Assembly (NCBI GenBank): GCA_035221665.1
Contig: CM069145.1
Span: forward strand, 32,612,001-32,676,000
From: Okamejei kenojei
Taxonomy: Eukaryota
Direction of reading: 5' to 3'
Length of the DNA stretch: 64,000 nucleotides
Shown one piece after another: positions 11,481 to 23,673 of the stretch. Numbering within the stretch: the first letter of the stretch is position 1; every line of letters begins with the position of its first letter. The position numbers and the translations under genes were made by a program. The notes under the pieces are model-generated. The model made no database searches, was not told where the DNA came from, and saw only the letters and a program-made list of their open reading frames with translations.

Positions 11481-11693
11481 ACAAAAAGCTGGAGTAACTC
11501 AGCCAGACAGGCAGCATCTCTGGAGAGAAGGAATGGGTGATGTTTCGTGTCGAGGTCTGAAGAAGGGCCTCGACCCGAAACGTCGCCCATTCCTTCTCTC
11601 CAGACATGCTGCCTGTTACTCCATTTTACTGAGTTACTCCAGCTTTTTGTGTCTATCTTCGATTTAAAATAGCATCTGCAGTTCCTTCCTACA
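11481..11693. mobile_element. Inverted pair of Penelope-like pseudo-LTR fragments (twin ~60741-60952)
   Basis: aaaaagctggagtaactcag..gcagcatctctggagagaaggaatgggtga is the reverse complement of cccattccttctctccagacatgctgc..gagttactccagcttttt; flanked by CR1 remnants. Confidence 0.85.
11554..11587 (+). ncRNA. Minimal type-I hammerhead ribozyme motif (Penelope-associated)
   Basis: ggu-CUGAAGA-a-GGG[ccucga]CCC-GAAAC-GUC-gcc: both core boxes, helix II, palindromic ACGU helix III, GUC cleavage triplet and a short helix I. Confidence 0.7.
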
Positions 11694-12667
11694 AAACAAA
11701 GGAACACGGCGGTGACCAGAACTGTACACAATATTCCAAATTTGGCCTAATCAAAGTTCCGTAGAGCTGTAACATGAGAAAACCATCTATATATTAGATG
11801 AGGACATGTTGGAGATCATCTTTACTAAGATTTTACAGTTAAGTTTGTACACTAAAGACAGTGCTTCAGCACACATCTGGAGGATGACTGCTTGGTTACA
11901 AAATACCAGAGAGCTGCTGAAACAAATCAAACAATAGGCATTATTAAACATGACTTCATGTTTTCTTTTGGAAATAGGAAAGGTACTAAGGTTAGAAACT
12001 TGCAAGGGATGAAGGCTACTTGGGAAATAATCTGTCAGGATAAAGTCTTGCTGGGAGCAGGAAAAATAATTTTAAAACGTTTTCTTCAAAGTGTACTTTA
12101 ATGTTAAATGCCCCCCCCCCCAATTGTTCAGAAGTGAGAGTGGCACACTTAAAATAAGGAATAGTAGTTCAAATCATTTGTCTCTGCAAAATATGTTTAA
12201 TGACAATAAAGAAGTCCCATAATTATAAAACAGAGGATGAAGATTTGATATTCTCACACTACTTCACAAAATAAGTGGTGAAATGATCCAGGAAGTTTAT
12301 TGAAAATAAAATTTTGACAAAAAAATTATTATTATTTTCAGTAAGAAAAAGAATGACCAAAATGATAAGAAACCCTACAACATACAGACTTCTTATTTCA
12401 TAGAAATATACCAGAAATAATTTTTTTTTGTGCATGTTTTCAGATGCCTTGCCAACAACAGTGCCATTACCACTGAGTTAAATTTAGTATTGGTAATCAA
12501 TGGTCCTATTGAAGCCTGGAAACATTAAGGAAACTGGGAATATCTGATAAGTCAGTCTGGAGAAAAGTAGTGTAGGGTGGGTCATTCCATTCGACATGTA
12601 CAGAGGTTCATTTCAGTTCAGATATACCTTAATTTCTTCTGTAAGGATATTAATTTGCTGACTAAAT

Positions 12668-12968
12668 GTGTAGGAGGGAACTGCAGATGCTGTGTTTGAA
12701 ACTGAAGATAGACACAAAATGCTGGAGTAACTCAGCTGTGGACAGGCAGCATCCTGGAGAGAAGGAATGGGTTGACGTTTCGTGTCAAAATCCTTCTTCA
12801 GACTGAAAACTCATGGGGAAAGGGAAAAGAGAGATACAGACCATATCTATATCTCTTGTTTCACTTTCCCGGGAGTTCAGTCTGAAGAAAGGTCTCGACC
12901 AATATGTCACCTTTCCTTCTTTCCACGGATGTGCCTGTACCGATACTCCCGTTTTTTGTGTCTATCCT
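12668..12968. mobile_element. Inverted pair of Penelope-like pseudo-LTR fragments, hammerhead motifs on both strands (cleaner twin ~61917-62215)
   Basis: Minus CTGAAGAAGGATTTTGACACGAAACGTC (12801-12774); plus CTGAAGAAAGGTCTCGACC at ~12882. Confidence 0.8.
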
Positions 12969-13309
12969 TATTTGCATGATGGTCTCTCAAGTGTTATTGT
13001 TGACTTATGCTTGGTGCAGGCTGTTATTGAGCTTCATTTGCTCTGGTGTAAAGTATGTTGTTTACAGGGACCAAGATGTGTTTTTTTCCTCACTGGAAAT
13101 ATAACATGGTTAAAAAGTATAAGATAACACATGTGCAGGCTTACCATCACAGTCATTGAGCTATGCCGATTTCCTGTGGCAGAATGTGGTAATACTATCT
13201 CTCTATGATGATATTGACCACCATTATGCCAATTGAACCCTAATAACGAATGGTCAGATTCACAATAAGCAGAAGTGACCCATCTAGACTTGGTGGAGAT
13301 AGATTCGGT

Positions 13310-13475
13310 TTTTTTTTTTTAGTTAGAGATTATGCGTGAAAGTAAAGGCCATCTCGCCCACCGGAGTCGTGCTGGTGACCAGCGATCCCTCACTTAACAC
13401 CATCCTACACACACAGGGGACACTTTTACCTTTACCAAGCCCAATAGCCTACAACGTTCTTTGGAGTGCAGATAG
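13310..13475 (-). mobile_element. 3' half of an HE1/V-SINE (cleaner twin ~62555-62705)
   Basis: tttagttagagat..gaccagcgatccc..ttaacaccatcctacacacacagggga..agcctacaacg, same family as 7431-7685. Confidence 0.7.
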
Positions 13476-13734
13476 ATCTTTGGGATGGGAAATATCATGC
13501 TCTTGAGATGGCAGAATCCTTGCCATCCTTCATGGATCTACGCCTTCTCAGGGGATCACTACCAGAAAAAGTAAGGAGAAAAGTATATTTTTTAATACTT
13601 AATTGTTTTGAATCCCTAAGATGACATGGAATTCTATCTCCTGCTGAAAAAGGGGGGATAGGTATTTTATCAAGTGGTATGAGTTTGGGACCATTTCCAC
13701 TTATGTAGAGTTTTTCTTAATCTGATTAAGTGTT

Positions 13735-13860
13735 CTTCAGAAGAAGGTTTTAGCCCGAAACGTTTGGCCTATTATTCGCTCCATAGATTGCTGCCTTCAC
13801 CGTGAGTTTTAGCATTTCTGTCCACCTTCGATTTTACAGCATCTGCAGTCCCTTCTTAAA
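13735..13860 (+). mobile_element. Penelope-like pseudo-LTR fragment, second subfamily (twin ~62972-63102)
   Basis: Twin reads agaagaagcgttttggcccgaaacgttgcctatttccttcgctccatagatgctgc..ccagcatctgcag; hammerhead-like GAAAC-GTT. Confidence 0.7.
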
Positions 13861-14223
13861 TGATATAAGTGTAGCGGTGGCAAAGAGGGAAGGTGCAGAA
13901 AATATGCAATCAGCTGTGGCAGCCACTTAATGCTGCCTTTGGTGGGGCGAGCCTAAAGATGCAATAAAGTCAGTAAAATTGGGGTGTGTTAATGCTCTAA
14001 AGAAATTACATGAAATTTTCATCGCCTGCTGGGTTTTATTTAAAAAAATAGATATATTATTAATATATTGTTTGATACTGGCCTGTACCTAATTTACCAC
14101 GGTGCAATAAGGGTTATTGTTTTATGTTGTGTTGTGGTTTTTGAGTTATTAGACAATTTCAAATAGGTTGAAAGCAAGCACTAATTAATGACAGTTTACT
14201 GCATTAATCATTAATGACTTAAA

Positions 14224-14723
14224 NNNNNNNNNNNNNNNNNNNNNNNNNNNNNNNNNNNNNNNNNNNNNNNNNNNNNNNNNNNNNNNNNNNNNNNNNNNNN
14301 NNNNNNNNNNNNNNNNNNNNNNNNNNNNNNNNNNNNNNNNNNNNNNNNNNNNNNNNNNNNNNNNNNNNNNNNNNNNNNNNNNNNNNNNNNNNNNNNNNNN
14401 NNNNNNNNNNNNNNNNNNNNNNNNNNNNNNNNNNNNNNNNNNNNNNNNNNNNNNNNNNNNNNNNNNNNNNNNNNNNNNNNNNNNNNNNNNNNNNNNNNNN
14501 NNNNNNNNNNNNNNNNNNNNNNNNNNNNNNNNNNNNNNNNNNNNNNNNNNNNNNNNNNNNNNNNNNNNNNNNNNNNNNNNNNNNNNNNNNNNNNNNNNNN
14601 NNNNNNNNNNNNNNNNNNNNNNNNNNNNNNNNNNNNNNNNNNNNNNNNNNNNNNNNNNNNNNNNNNNNNNNNNNNNNNNNNNNNNNNNNNNNNNNNNNNN
14701 NNNNNNNNNNNNNNNNNNNNNNN
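14224..14723. other. Assembly gap (500 N)
   Basis: Run of N; the round size suggests a scaffolding placeholder. Confidence 1.
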
Positions 14724-15400
14724 GCGGGTAGGGGAACAGAGAGGGATGAGCGGTGAGGGCTTAGGGAGAGGCGCAGAGGAGGGGACAATAGTGGGAATAG
14801 GAGGGATAGGGAGTGTTGGGAGAGGAGGGGGACCGAAGGGGAAAGAGGGGGGAGTGTGGTAAGGTAGGCGTGGGGAATGTGGACAGGTGCGGGCAGTGGG
14901 GCGGAGGTAGGAGGCTCGTGGGGGGGATAAGGAGAGGTGAGGAGTGGGGGAATTATAGGGGAATAGGAGGGAGGGTGATTGACAATCGTACTGTGCAGGA
15001 GTAGGCCCATGCCCTCGAGCCGGCAGCGGCGCCATTCACTTGTGATCATGGCTGATCATCCCCAGCACCCAAAAGGCGGGAGAGGGGAAGGGTAGGGAGG
15101 GAGCGTCTGTGGGTAGGGGAAAAGGATAGGAAGGGGGAGTGAGGGATATTAGCAGAGGGGGAGAAGGAGAGGGGACGAAACAGGGAGGTTGAACGGGAGG
15201 GGAGGAGTGCTAGGGGGTGATAACGAGAAATGAGCAGTTGCCTGCGCCTTTGGGGGTATGGGTGAGTGGTGGAAATATTGTGTTGTGACACAGGTTTCTT
15301 TGGGGGAACGGGTGGAGTGGGGACTTTGCGTTGGGGAACGGGTTGCTTTGGGGGACCAGCGCTCCCGTTTGACAGTGACCTGACGAGTCCCACTTAGTTA
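14724..15400. other. G/A-rich low-complexity, probably low-quality contig start, containing a noisy CR1 3' tail at ~14990-15070
   Basis: Purine-rich runs; gtgcaggagtaggcc..gccattcacttgtgatcatggctgatcatcc resembles 42272-42340. Confidence 0.6.
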
Positions 15401-15754
15401 GTATAAATAAAATCGAATAGGTGGGAAATACTCAACCAGTCAAGCCACATCGTGGGGAACGAAACCAGTTAGCCATTTCCTCAGCATGGGATCAGAACAT
15501 AGAGCGTCCTCATAGAGACTGAGCTATATGCTGAGTCTGTCTGCAGCAAAAACAATGAAACAGTGGAGGCTTTCGCCGCGACTTGCACCAGCCTCTGTCA
15601 GGGAAAGCGCAATTGGCCGATGTTCCCGTCGAGACACTGATCAGGACTGGACGTCGCGAGACCTAGCCCAAGCCCACAGAAGAGACTACTCTGACAGGTA
15701 ATCTCTGCACATCGCAACAAAGTAGCTGTCAGAAATATTTGAAATCACTTGAAT

Positions 15755-16510
15755 TCTGCTGCTGTAGTTTTATATATTATATTTAGCTTTGTATCTGTGG
15801 GGGCGGGGGACTTTTCAATTCTCATCCTGTCTGGGAGACCCGACCTTTCCCTGTTGGGTCTACGTTGTCGTTGGGGCAAGCACCATGGCGTGTCTGTCCG
15901 ACCGGAACGACCTGGGGGCTTCCAGTGCAGAGCCTGCGGTCTCACCATCGTGGAGCTGGCCGACTTCGGAGTGGTAGAGCTGTGGTGGGCGCGGTGCGAA
16001 CCCGAATTTGGAGCTTTGGAGGCTGCAACCACCAGGCCAGTGGGACGGTTGGACCTCGGGAGCTGCGGTCCCTGGTGGGAGTCTGGTGGCTTTTCCGCGC
16101 TCCTGCAACGGGCAACTTCTCCCTCTCGAATTAGTGGGTTTTTGAAAACGCCCCGAGAGCGGGGCTTTACTTCGCCTGTCGCGGCATATAATGGCGCTGG
16201 ACTGGCCCATCGCCCAGGGGGCTTCAACATCAAGCCCGGGGCAGGGCCTTACATCGCCCGGCCCGGCCTCTATGACGGGCCACGGGACTTGCCATCACCC
16301 GCAGGGGGCTACTTTTACCATCTGGAGCAGAATGGGCAAACCGGGGCGAGGGGACACTGAAATGATTTCTCATTCACCAGTGAGGAGGAGATTTACTGTG
16401 ATGGATGTTGGTGTGTAAACTTGTGGTAATTGTGGTCTTGTTAATTGTTTTTCTTGTTTCAACTTCATGTAGGTCAAATGACAATAAACGGTATTGTATT
16501 GTATTATTGT
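15755..16510 (+). mobile_element. CpG-rich LINE-tailed retroposon (related to 6375 and 39515)
   Basis: T-rich tract and G-run, gcctgcggtctcaccatcgtggagc, cagtgaggaggag..tgtgatggatgtt, ending tgacaataaa plus (attgt)n. Confidence 0.65.
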
Positions 16511-16587
16511 TTTTGTTATTGTTTTTTAGCATGATAGATTCTAGCTGATTCCATACATGTACTATTACCGGGTGTTTTAAGGGTCGC

Positions 16588-16930
16588 CCAAGCACAGGTG
16601 AAATGCTGCTATCTTGCCGCGCTGAGGAGACTGGTTTCCATCCAGAGCCTAGGGTGCTGACTGTGTGGAGTTTGCACATATTTTGTGACCATGTGTGTTT
16701 TCTCTGGGTGCTTGGCTTTTCTACCCCATTCAAGGTAGGTTTGTTGGGCTTGCTACAAAATGTTTACCCCTGGTGTGTGGGTGATGGTGGAATAAGGTGA
16801 CTTTCGCCGCAATATGGAGAGGCCCATCCAGTTGACTGTAGTAACTGTTTGGAATTTGTATCTGATGGATGGCTGATGGTCAACAGGCGCGTTCTTGTTA
16901 GTGCTGTTCGGTGTGCTGTCTTAAAGTAAC
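16588..16930 (+). mobile_element. HE1/V-SINE, noisy copy
   Basis: ctgtgtggagtttgcacata..tgaccatgtgtgttttctctgggtgc V-domain; downstream tail is error-rich. Confidence 0.6.
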
Positions 16931-19258
16931 GGTGGCACCACATTCTCACCGAACTTGTGGAATTACGCACGCGCCTAGTTTCAGATACCCACGTGAGCAT
17001 AAGAAATCGTGATGTAAGCATTTTGGACAGAGGATGAAATTTAAGGGCAGTGCTGAGGTCCAGAGCTGAGATTTAAGAGCAAGCGGCCTTGTTCCATTCT
17101 TCAGGTAGGATGCAAAAAGGACTAAGGAATGAGTCGTTACGAATGAGGAGAGTTCTCCTTTACATTTGATACTATTTGACACCCCGCCACTGTCATCAAC
17201 TTTCGATTGTCTGCTTATGTTTCATTAGACTATGGGTGTGGTTCGTTCTGTTGCTAAGTGGACTGCGGGGTTGTTTCTCTTGTATATTCGTGGTAGTTTT
17301 GATTACATTACACAGTTAGCTATTGAGATTTTGTTGTAGAAATGTAGAGTGCGATATAAACACATATGTGGAGTTTTCCATTATTTAGTTTGGAAACAAT
17401 TGAGCGGTGTGATGGAGTCCACGATTGATCAGTACAAATCTGTAAAGATTAATGTGCTAATTCCAGGTATTCTTAGCATTAAGTGGTATTCACCTCGAGG
17501 CTAGAACCATGAATGGTAAACTATTTCTGAAATCTAATGTCCCTGTCCCCCTTAGGCAACTGGAACGGAAACTCTGGAGACTTTGCGCCCCAACACGGTT
17601 TCCGTGCGGTTCCCGGCTGTTTATGTCAGTCTCCCTCATGGTGAAAGTGGTTTCCATTTTAAAAAACGGCAATTTTTAGTCGAAGCCGGTTGCGATGCTA
17701 GTTAAAGGTAGTTGAGGGCGGCTACAAACTCCAAGACCTCGGGAACGGCACGGAACCCTTGGGTGGGGCGGCAAGTCTCAAGTGAGGATACGTTCAGGTT
17801 TCTAATGGAAAGGGCCCATCAGTAATTTTAAGTCCTCATGCATAAAACAATGCAAAATATCCCCACTGCCACAACTAGCATAAAACTGGGCTTAAATCCA
17901 AATCAATTTCCTGGTCCAGAGGTATTCTAAGTGGAGTAGTTTAGGCTGTGAGTGTCTAAAAAATGTATCGAAGACTGGCCAGTAAAATGTATGTGCAAAA
18001 CGATCTTACATGTGTCGGTATGTCGCGCAGAATTACCTAGCAGGGACAAGCAGGAATTCTCACCTCGATGCAAGCGGAGACTTGGAGCTATCATTTTATA
18101 AATTATCCCCAACTTGTTCTTACTTGTCGCAGCCTCATAAATAGAGCCTTTAATTATTGTCTATGCATTCTCGGCCAAGCTATGGGCGCCTATAATGGGC
18201 CAGCAAGATGACCGATTTGAGGCTGGATAAACCTCTTCTCTGTCAAAAAGCAGGACAGTCTATTGTCAAGATAACGGAAAGGAAAGCTTTATGCGACGTG
18301 GATGAAGGTGGTGCGATATAGGATTATGTTCATCGAAGTTATTACGCGCCTAGGAAAAGGTGAAACAAGAAAATTCCTTCAGCTCATCGTCGCTAATCCC
18401 TCCAACTTTATGTACAACTTGCTATTGTGTAGGTTGCTTCCCCGCCATTTCTGTGTCTTCTGGGGAAGGGTGGTGGGGTTGAATGGCTACAAGTAAAACT
18501 TCAAAAAGATAAAACTTCAAAATTATTTTCTAATCCCCCAAAAATAATTGAACAAAATCTTCAGAGTATTAATCTGCCATAACTCAGCCTACATCAGCTT
18601 GCACATCTGCATTCCACAGATGACAATTCAATGGCTTTGACTGCACGTTAAAACAGTCACCACATAGATCAAGAACCTTTGCCTATACTTATTATTTTTT
18701 TACCATCTAATCCCATTCTTAAGCAGATATCTGTCCTAATGCTTTTCCAGGAGTTAATTGGACACAGTGTTCACTGGCTATCTATTCAAATTAGCTGGGC
18801 TCAACAGGGGATATTTTTTCCAATGTCTGTTCTTCTTGAAGCTTTGCAAATTTTGTATTCATGCCATCTAGTTAAGCTGCTAACATTCATTTATCTGTGC
18901 CATCCAGTGTTATAAAAACTTCGAAGCATATTAACCACCTTCATCCACATTTTCTCCAGCATAAACAAATTTTATTCTTTAAATATTTTTTTAATGTCTT
19001 CTTAGTGTCTTCAAATCTGTTTTTCCTCTTGCTAGTGCAGTATTCTTGTCAATATGTTCAAAACCAAAGCTGCATGTTATTCTAATAAAGACCTTATTAA
19101 TCAAGCATTAAAAATAAATTAATTAACTGGTAAGAAAATCTTTCAAATTAACAACAGTAATAGTTTTATTAACACAAGCTTCCCATTGTCTAATACTAAA
19201 CAGTCAATAATTATTGTGTATTTTTCCTTTTCAAATTTGAAATGAATGACCCTGCTTC

Positions 19259-19440
19259 ATAGAAACATACACATAGAAACATAGAAAATAGATGCAGGAG
19301 CAGGCCATTTGGCCCTTCGGGCCGCATTGCTATTCAATATGATCATGATGATCATCCAAAATCAGTATCCGCTTCTGCTTTCTCTGCATATTCCTTGATT
19401 CCGTTAGCCCTAAGAGCTATATCTAACTCTTCTCTTGAAT
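19259..19440 (-). mobile_element. CR1 LINE 3' end with (agaaacat)n tail
   Basis: atagaaacatagaaaatagatgcaggagcaggccatttggcccttcg..ccttgattccgttagccctaagagctatatctaactct, paralogous to 42255-42420. Confidence 0.85.
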
Positions 19441-20599
19441 ATATACGGGGGGGGGAATCACAAACATGTGTAATCTATGGGAATACACAATGTCTTTACA
19501 TATGCCTCTATTGATCTACTAGTCTTTTAGAACCCGTTATAGTACTTATATGGTCACTTGAATTGCCTGTGCAAATTTGATATTAAATGAAGAATCTTCC
19601 ACAACTTTTCTTTTGATTAAATCAATAGCAGATGGCCAGAACATAGCTCTGCAGAATTCCAACAATCATTATCTCTATGTGATGATCACCTTGTACATTT
19701 ATCAACATCTTTTGTTTCCAATTATCAAGCCACTGTTCAAAGAATAATTAATTTACTATTATTCCTTTTCCTCCTTTAAAGTTATATGCCAAAATATTAT
19801 TAAATGACTGCTGAGAATCCAAGTAATTTAAACCTAAATAGCAAACTCATTTGAAAATGATATAAATGGTATGACATTTATCGTCAGCGACAGTATGTTT
19901 TATTAATATCACATCTTTAAGGTAATAAAATGATCCATGGAGCGTTGATCTGATTTTAGTCAGTGCATATTATAGTAAAGACATGCAAAGAGAAAGGTTT
20001 GGTCACCCAAGATTTTAACAGTAGACGTGAAGGATAAGAGAGATGTAGAATTATAGAGAATGTAGTTACTTCTGTAGGATCAAATGATTAATTGATTTAA
20101 CTAATGTAGAATTAAGGAAATTAATTAAAAAATATTTGCATAAAAAGGCACAAGTCAATGTTAGCTCATTTTGTTTTATTTTTATTTCAATCAGAAACCA
20201 TATCATCCAATGACTTATATGGCAGTTGAATTAGTCTGCACCTTCCTTATTTCATTACTTTTTTTTTGCTGATTGTTGGTTAAATAAAGTCAACACTTTA
20301 GATTGTTTTATCAATCCCTCGCAACCCCGTTTATATTCCTTGTGATGCTTACATACTACCTAATACAACAATTCTACAGGTTCGAAGACATTTCTCCAGT
20401 AAACCAGTCACAATGCTCTTTTTTTTAATATATACCTTGCCTCATATAACGCCAACATTAACTTCCCTAACTTGTATATTTTGGAGAACTATGGCAATAT
20501 TTAACATTGCCCTATAAATAATTATGAAAATATTAAGAATGCATCATTGTTTTATGCTATTTTAGTTATAGTGCAATGATAAATAATGTAAGGTGACAT

Positions 20600-20750
20600 T
20601 AGAATCATCGAGTCATACAGCATGGAAACAGGCACTTCCGCCCAACCTGCCCATTACGACCAGGATGCCCATCTACACTAGTCCCACCAGACCCATATCC
20701 CTCCAAACCTTTCCTCGCCATGGACCTGTCCAAATGTCTTTGAAATGTTC
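20600..20750 (-). mobile_element. CR1-type 3' tail fragment
   Basis: gtcatacagcatggaaacaggcacttccgcccaac..ccatatccctccaaacctttcct, like 31170-31300. Confidence 0.65.
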
Positions 20751-22629
20751 ATATTTTCACGTGATTGTTACATTCTCACATTTTATAGTGAAGAACATTT
20801 TATTAAGAATATATTGGTATTTTCAAACCTTTTAGTAAAATATATGTACATAGAATTTAAACCAAATATGAAATAGGAATGAGAGTTCATATTGATACCT
20901 GCCATTTATAGGCGTTAATCATTTATATTACTTAACAGAAATTGAAAAAGCAGCTAATAAAAATATTAAGTTTTATATGTAAGCTTACTCATTTGCCACC
21001 TCTCCATGATACTATTGGTTTTGCCTTCCCCTGTCCCTCATTACCCTTTCCCATCCTGCCAGCTGAGTGCCTTAACTATTTTATCAAACTTTCCGTCTTC
21101 CACTTCCATTGGACATCTGTTTCCACCTTTATGATATAATTACATTTGAAATGCTAAATCAAAAAAATAAATTACTAGTATTGATGAACAAAGTCCAAAA
21201 TGGGGGGGTATAATTGTATAATGGGATAAGTAAATGTAATATAGAACTGCAGTTTTAACTGAGGATTTAGGTCATAATTTACTGAATATTTCTGGATTGG
21301 GAATGGCCACTGCAAATATATAGAAATGATTATAATCTACTGCAAATTAGCCCCACATTAATTTCCCATTCTCGCTGTGAATGTCAAGTGAGTTTTAAAA
21401 GAAATGCTATTTTGCGCTTCACCAGCTTGCATTCGAGTGGAAGATTTTAACACAAGAATTATAACTTGAGTGCATTTAATTTGCGTTATTAGTCTGCATG
21501 GTAGAATGTCCATATATTTTTGTTATTTGGTGATTGAAAAAAGACATGGATAGTGAGATGCGAAAGCCTACTGAGTAACTTAAGGAAATCCAATTGTCCA
21601 TGGAAATCTATCTCTGCAATCATTGCCTCACCTGAGAGTCCAAAAAGTTAACGAAAGCCGGTGTCCATACACCATCCATCACAAGAACATCAGGTATCAA
21701 GATTACCTTAGCCCTGAACTTTTATCTTTCTGACTCCTTCCAAATGGACAGAGACAATATCAGCAACGCCTCTTTCAAAAATATCGAGGATTTGTATTCA
21801 ATGAACAAATTGCAGCAAAATGAGGAACTACTTTTTTCCCCATGGTTTCTAAGACATTGTTGACAGTTGCTCCTGCAACTTTTTTAACTCGTACAACTCA
21901 ACTCTACACGTTGTAAACGGATAAGCGGAGTGAATTAAAAGTGAATTAAAACTGCTGGAAATACTCGAAAGGTTGGGTAGTATATATGGATAGAGAAAAC
22001 CTTCTCTTGCGCTGTTTGAGCTGTGGCTCGTGATAATTTAGAACCTGTCAGCATTAATTAACTGTCAGAGGCCAATGTATTTGATAGGCTCATCACTGAT
22101 TGCATGGTAGGCCTACTGATTTGGCGGTTCAGAAACAGGAATAGGAATTGTCTGAACTACAGATGGGCTAGGTTTCCAATGTCAATGCTGTGTGCTGTAA
22201 ACTGTATCGTTATTCAATCAGAGGAAGCAAACTCATAAGAGTAAGGTAAAAAGAGAGAAATCTGCAATTCAAGGTGTGAATTAGTGAGATGAACCGTGTG
22301 TGATTGAATCTGAACGTGACTGAGCAGCTCAATAAAAATGAAAGGATAAGTTGTGGCTTCCTGTATATGTATATTGCGTAATTTTGACTTTAACCATTTA
22401 ATATAATGTCATTTATTTTGACCATTAAATGGCAATTATGCAAAGTTGATAACCAAAACACTGGTGGGATATGGCATTGTATTTATACTTAACAGTTTAC
22501 TCACTCTCTGTCCTTATCACTCTCCGCTGATAGTGGTTTACAAAAATTGGGCAGTTTTCGAAGGCTGTTAATCTTTCAGGGTCAAGAATCTTCTGGGACA
22601 AATCTGTGATTAAACATATAGGTTGAAAG

Positions 22630-22755
22630 AACGAAGAAGGACCTTGTGGGGGGGTCTGCCTGGAGGGGGAGGGGAGAACAAAGGAGGACCTGGCGTGGAT
22701 ACTTTGTAACGCTGTCAGCACCATTTATGTGGCAACTCTTTGCATACCTTGGGTT
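22630..22755 (+). mobile_element. Short retroposon 3' fragment
   Basis: gggagaacaaaggaggacctggcg..actttgtaac..tttgcata is related to the reverse complement of 38795-39060. Confidence 0.45.
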
Positions 22756-23544
22756 CATTCATTACAATACTAATTAATACTTTCAGTGCTGATCCAAGGA
22801 TCCTTTGCCCAATGAGCACGTAATTTTAATGCTTATGATGAAACCTTGTTATTTTTGCTTGGTGCCAATTGCATCAATATTGTTCACTGGCTTTCTTTGG
22901 TGCATATGTTTTTATCATACATCATGCAAAGTTAAGCTGTGGCTTTTGAGGTACTGGGGTAGAGCGCTGCGTTTGTAAGTTTGTTGCAGTGCTATAAAAA
23001 TGAAAATATGATTGCGACCATTACCAAGTTGAATCACAGCACTTCAGCAACATGACTGGGGTGTTCTGCTTAGGAATTACAGTTATGTTATTAATAAGTA
23101 ATTTTCCATTGGGCATGCATAGGATACTGTCATCCTTATGAAAATGCAGTTTTAGAGTGTTGCCTGTACAAGTTGTTTCACATTATTCCAGATCATGTCC
23201 ATCCCTTGTAAGTCACAACTTTGCCATGTTCTATAGTGCTGTTTGGTTTATAGATTTATTTTGTTTTGTCACATGTACCTAGATACCAGTACAAAAACCT
23301 TGTTTACGTGAAATCCAGCCAATTCATACTGTACGTGAATACAAGTACAACAGATAGTGGAAAGAGAAAAAATACCACAATGCAGAATATAGTGTTACAG
23401 TTTTATAGTGTTGCAGTTACAGAGAAAGTGCAGAAAAAAAGAGCAATGGCTGCAATAAAGTAGGTTTAGGAGATCAGAACAACATCTTTAGCTTATGAGA
23501 CATTTGTCCAGTAGTCTGATGACATTGGGGTTGGGGTGGAAGAC

Positions 23545-23673
23545 TGCAACCTTTAGGTGGTCCACTCTGTTTCGACGAATGCAATCAACCTGGTATGCAC
23601 AAGCAAATAAAATCAAATAGAACAAGTTGTCCTACAACTTTAGGCTGTGCACGCCATACGAAAGAAGAAGAAG
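23545..23673 (+). mobile_element. ~130-bp retroposon fragment with (GAA)n tail nested in the LINE
   Basis: Breaks the LINE between atgacattgggg (23520) and gatgacattgggg (23675), a possible TSD; ends gccatacgaaagaagaagaaga. Confidence 0.6.

Larger units (their letters stand above)
1..14222 (+). repeat. Copy A of a >=14.2 kb direct duplication (matches 49247-63469)
   Basis: Window start tggttatggctgcatatttgc recurs at 49247 and stays colinear to ttaatgacttaa (14211 vs ~63458). Identical ORF-track peptides at 2514/51757, 5138/54398, 8930/58191. Probably extends left of the window. Confidence 0.98.

Noticed and set aside
14211-15393. Pro-rich 274/276/115-aa minus-strand ORFs
   Set aside because: Artefacts of the N-run and G/A-rich low-complexity sequence.
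15749-16360. Longest N-free ORF (203 aa) and overlapping antisense ORFs
   Set aside because: Lies within a GC-rich retroposon where stops are rare; no recognisable domain. The same applies to ORFs at 6475-6953 and 39583-40166.
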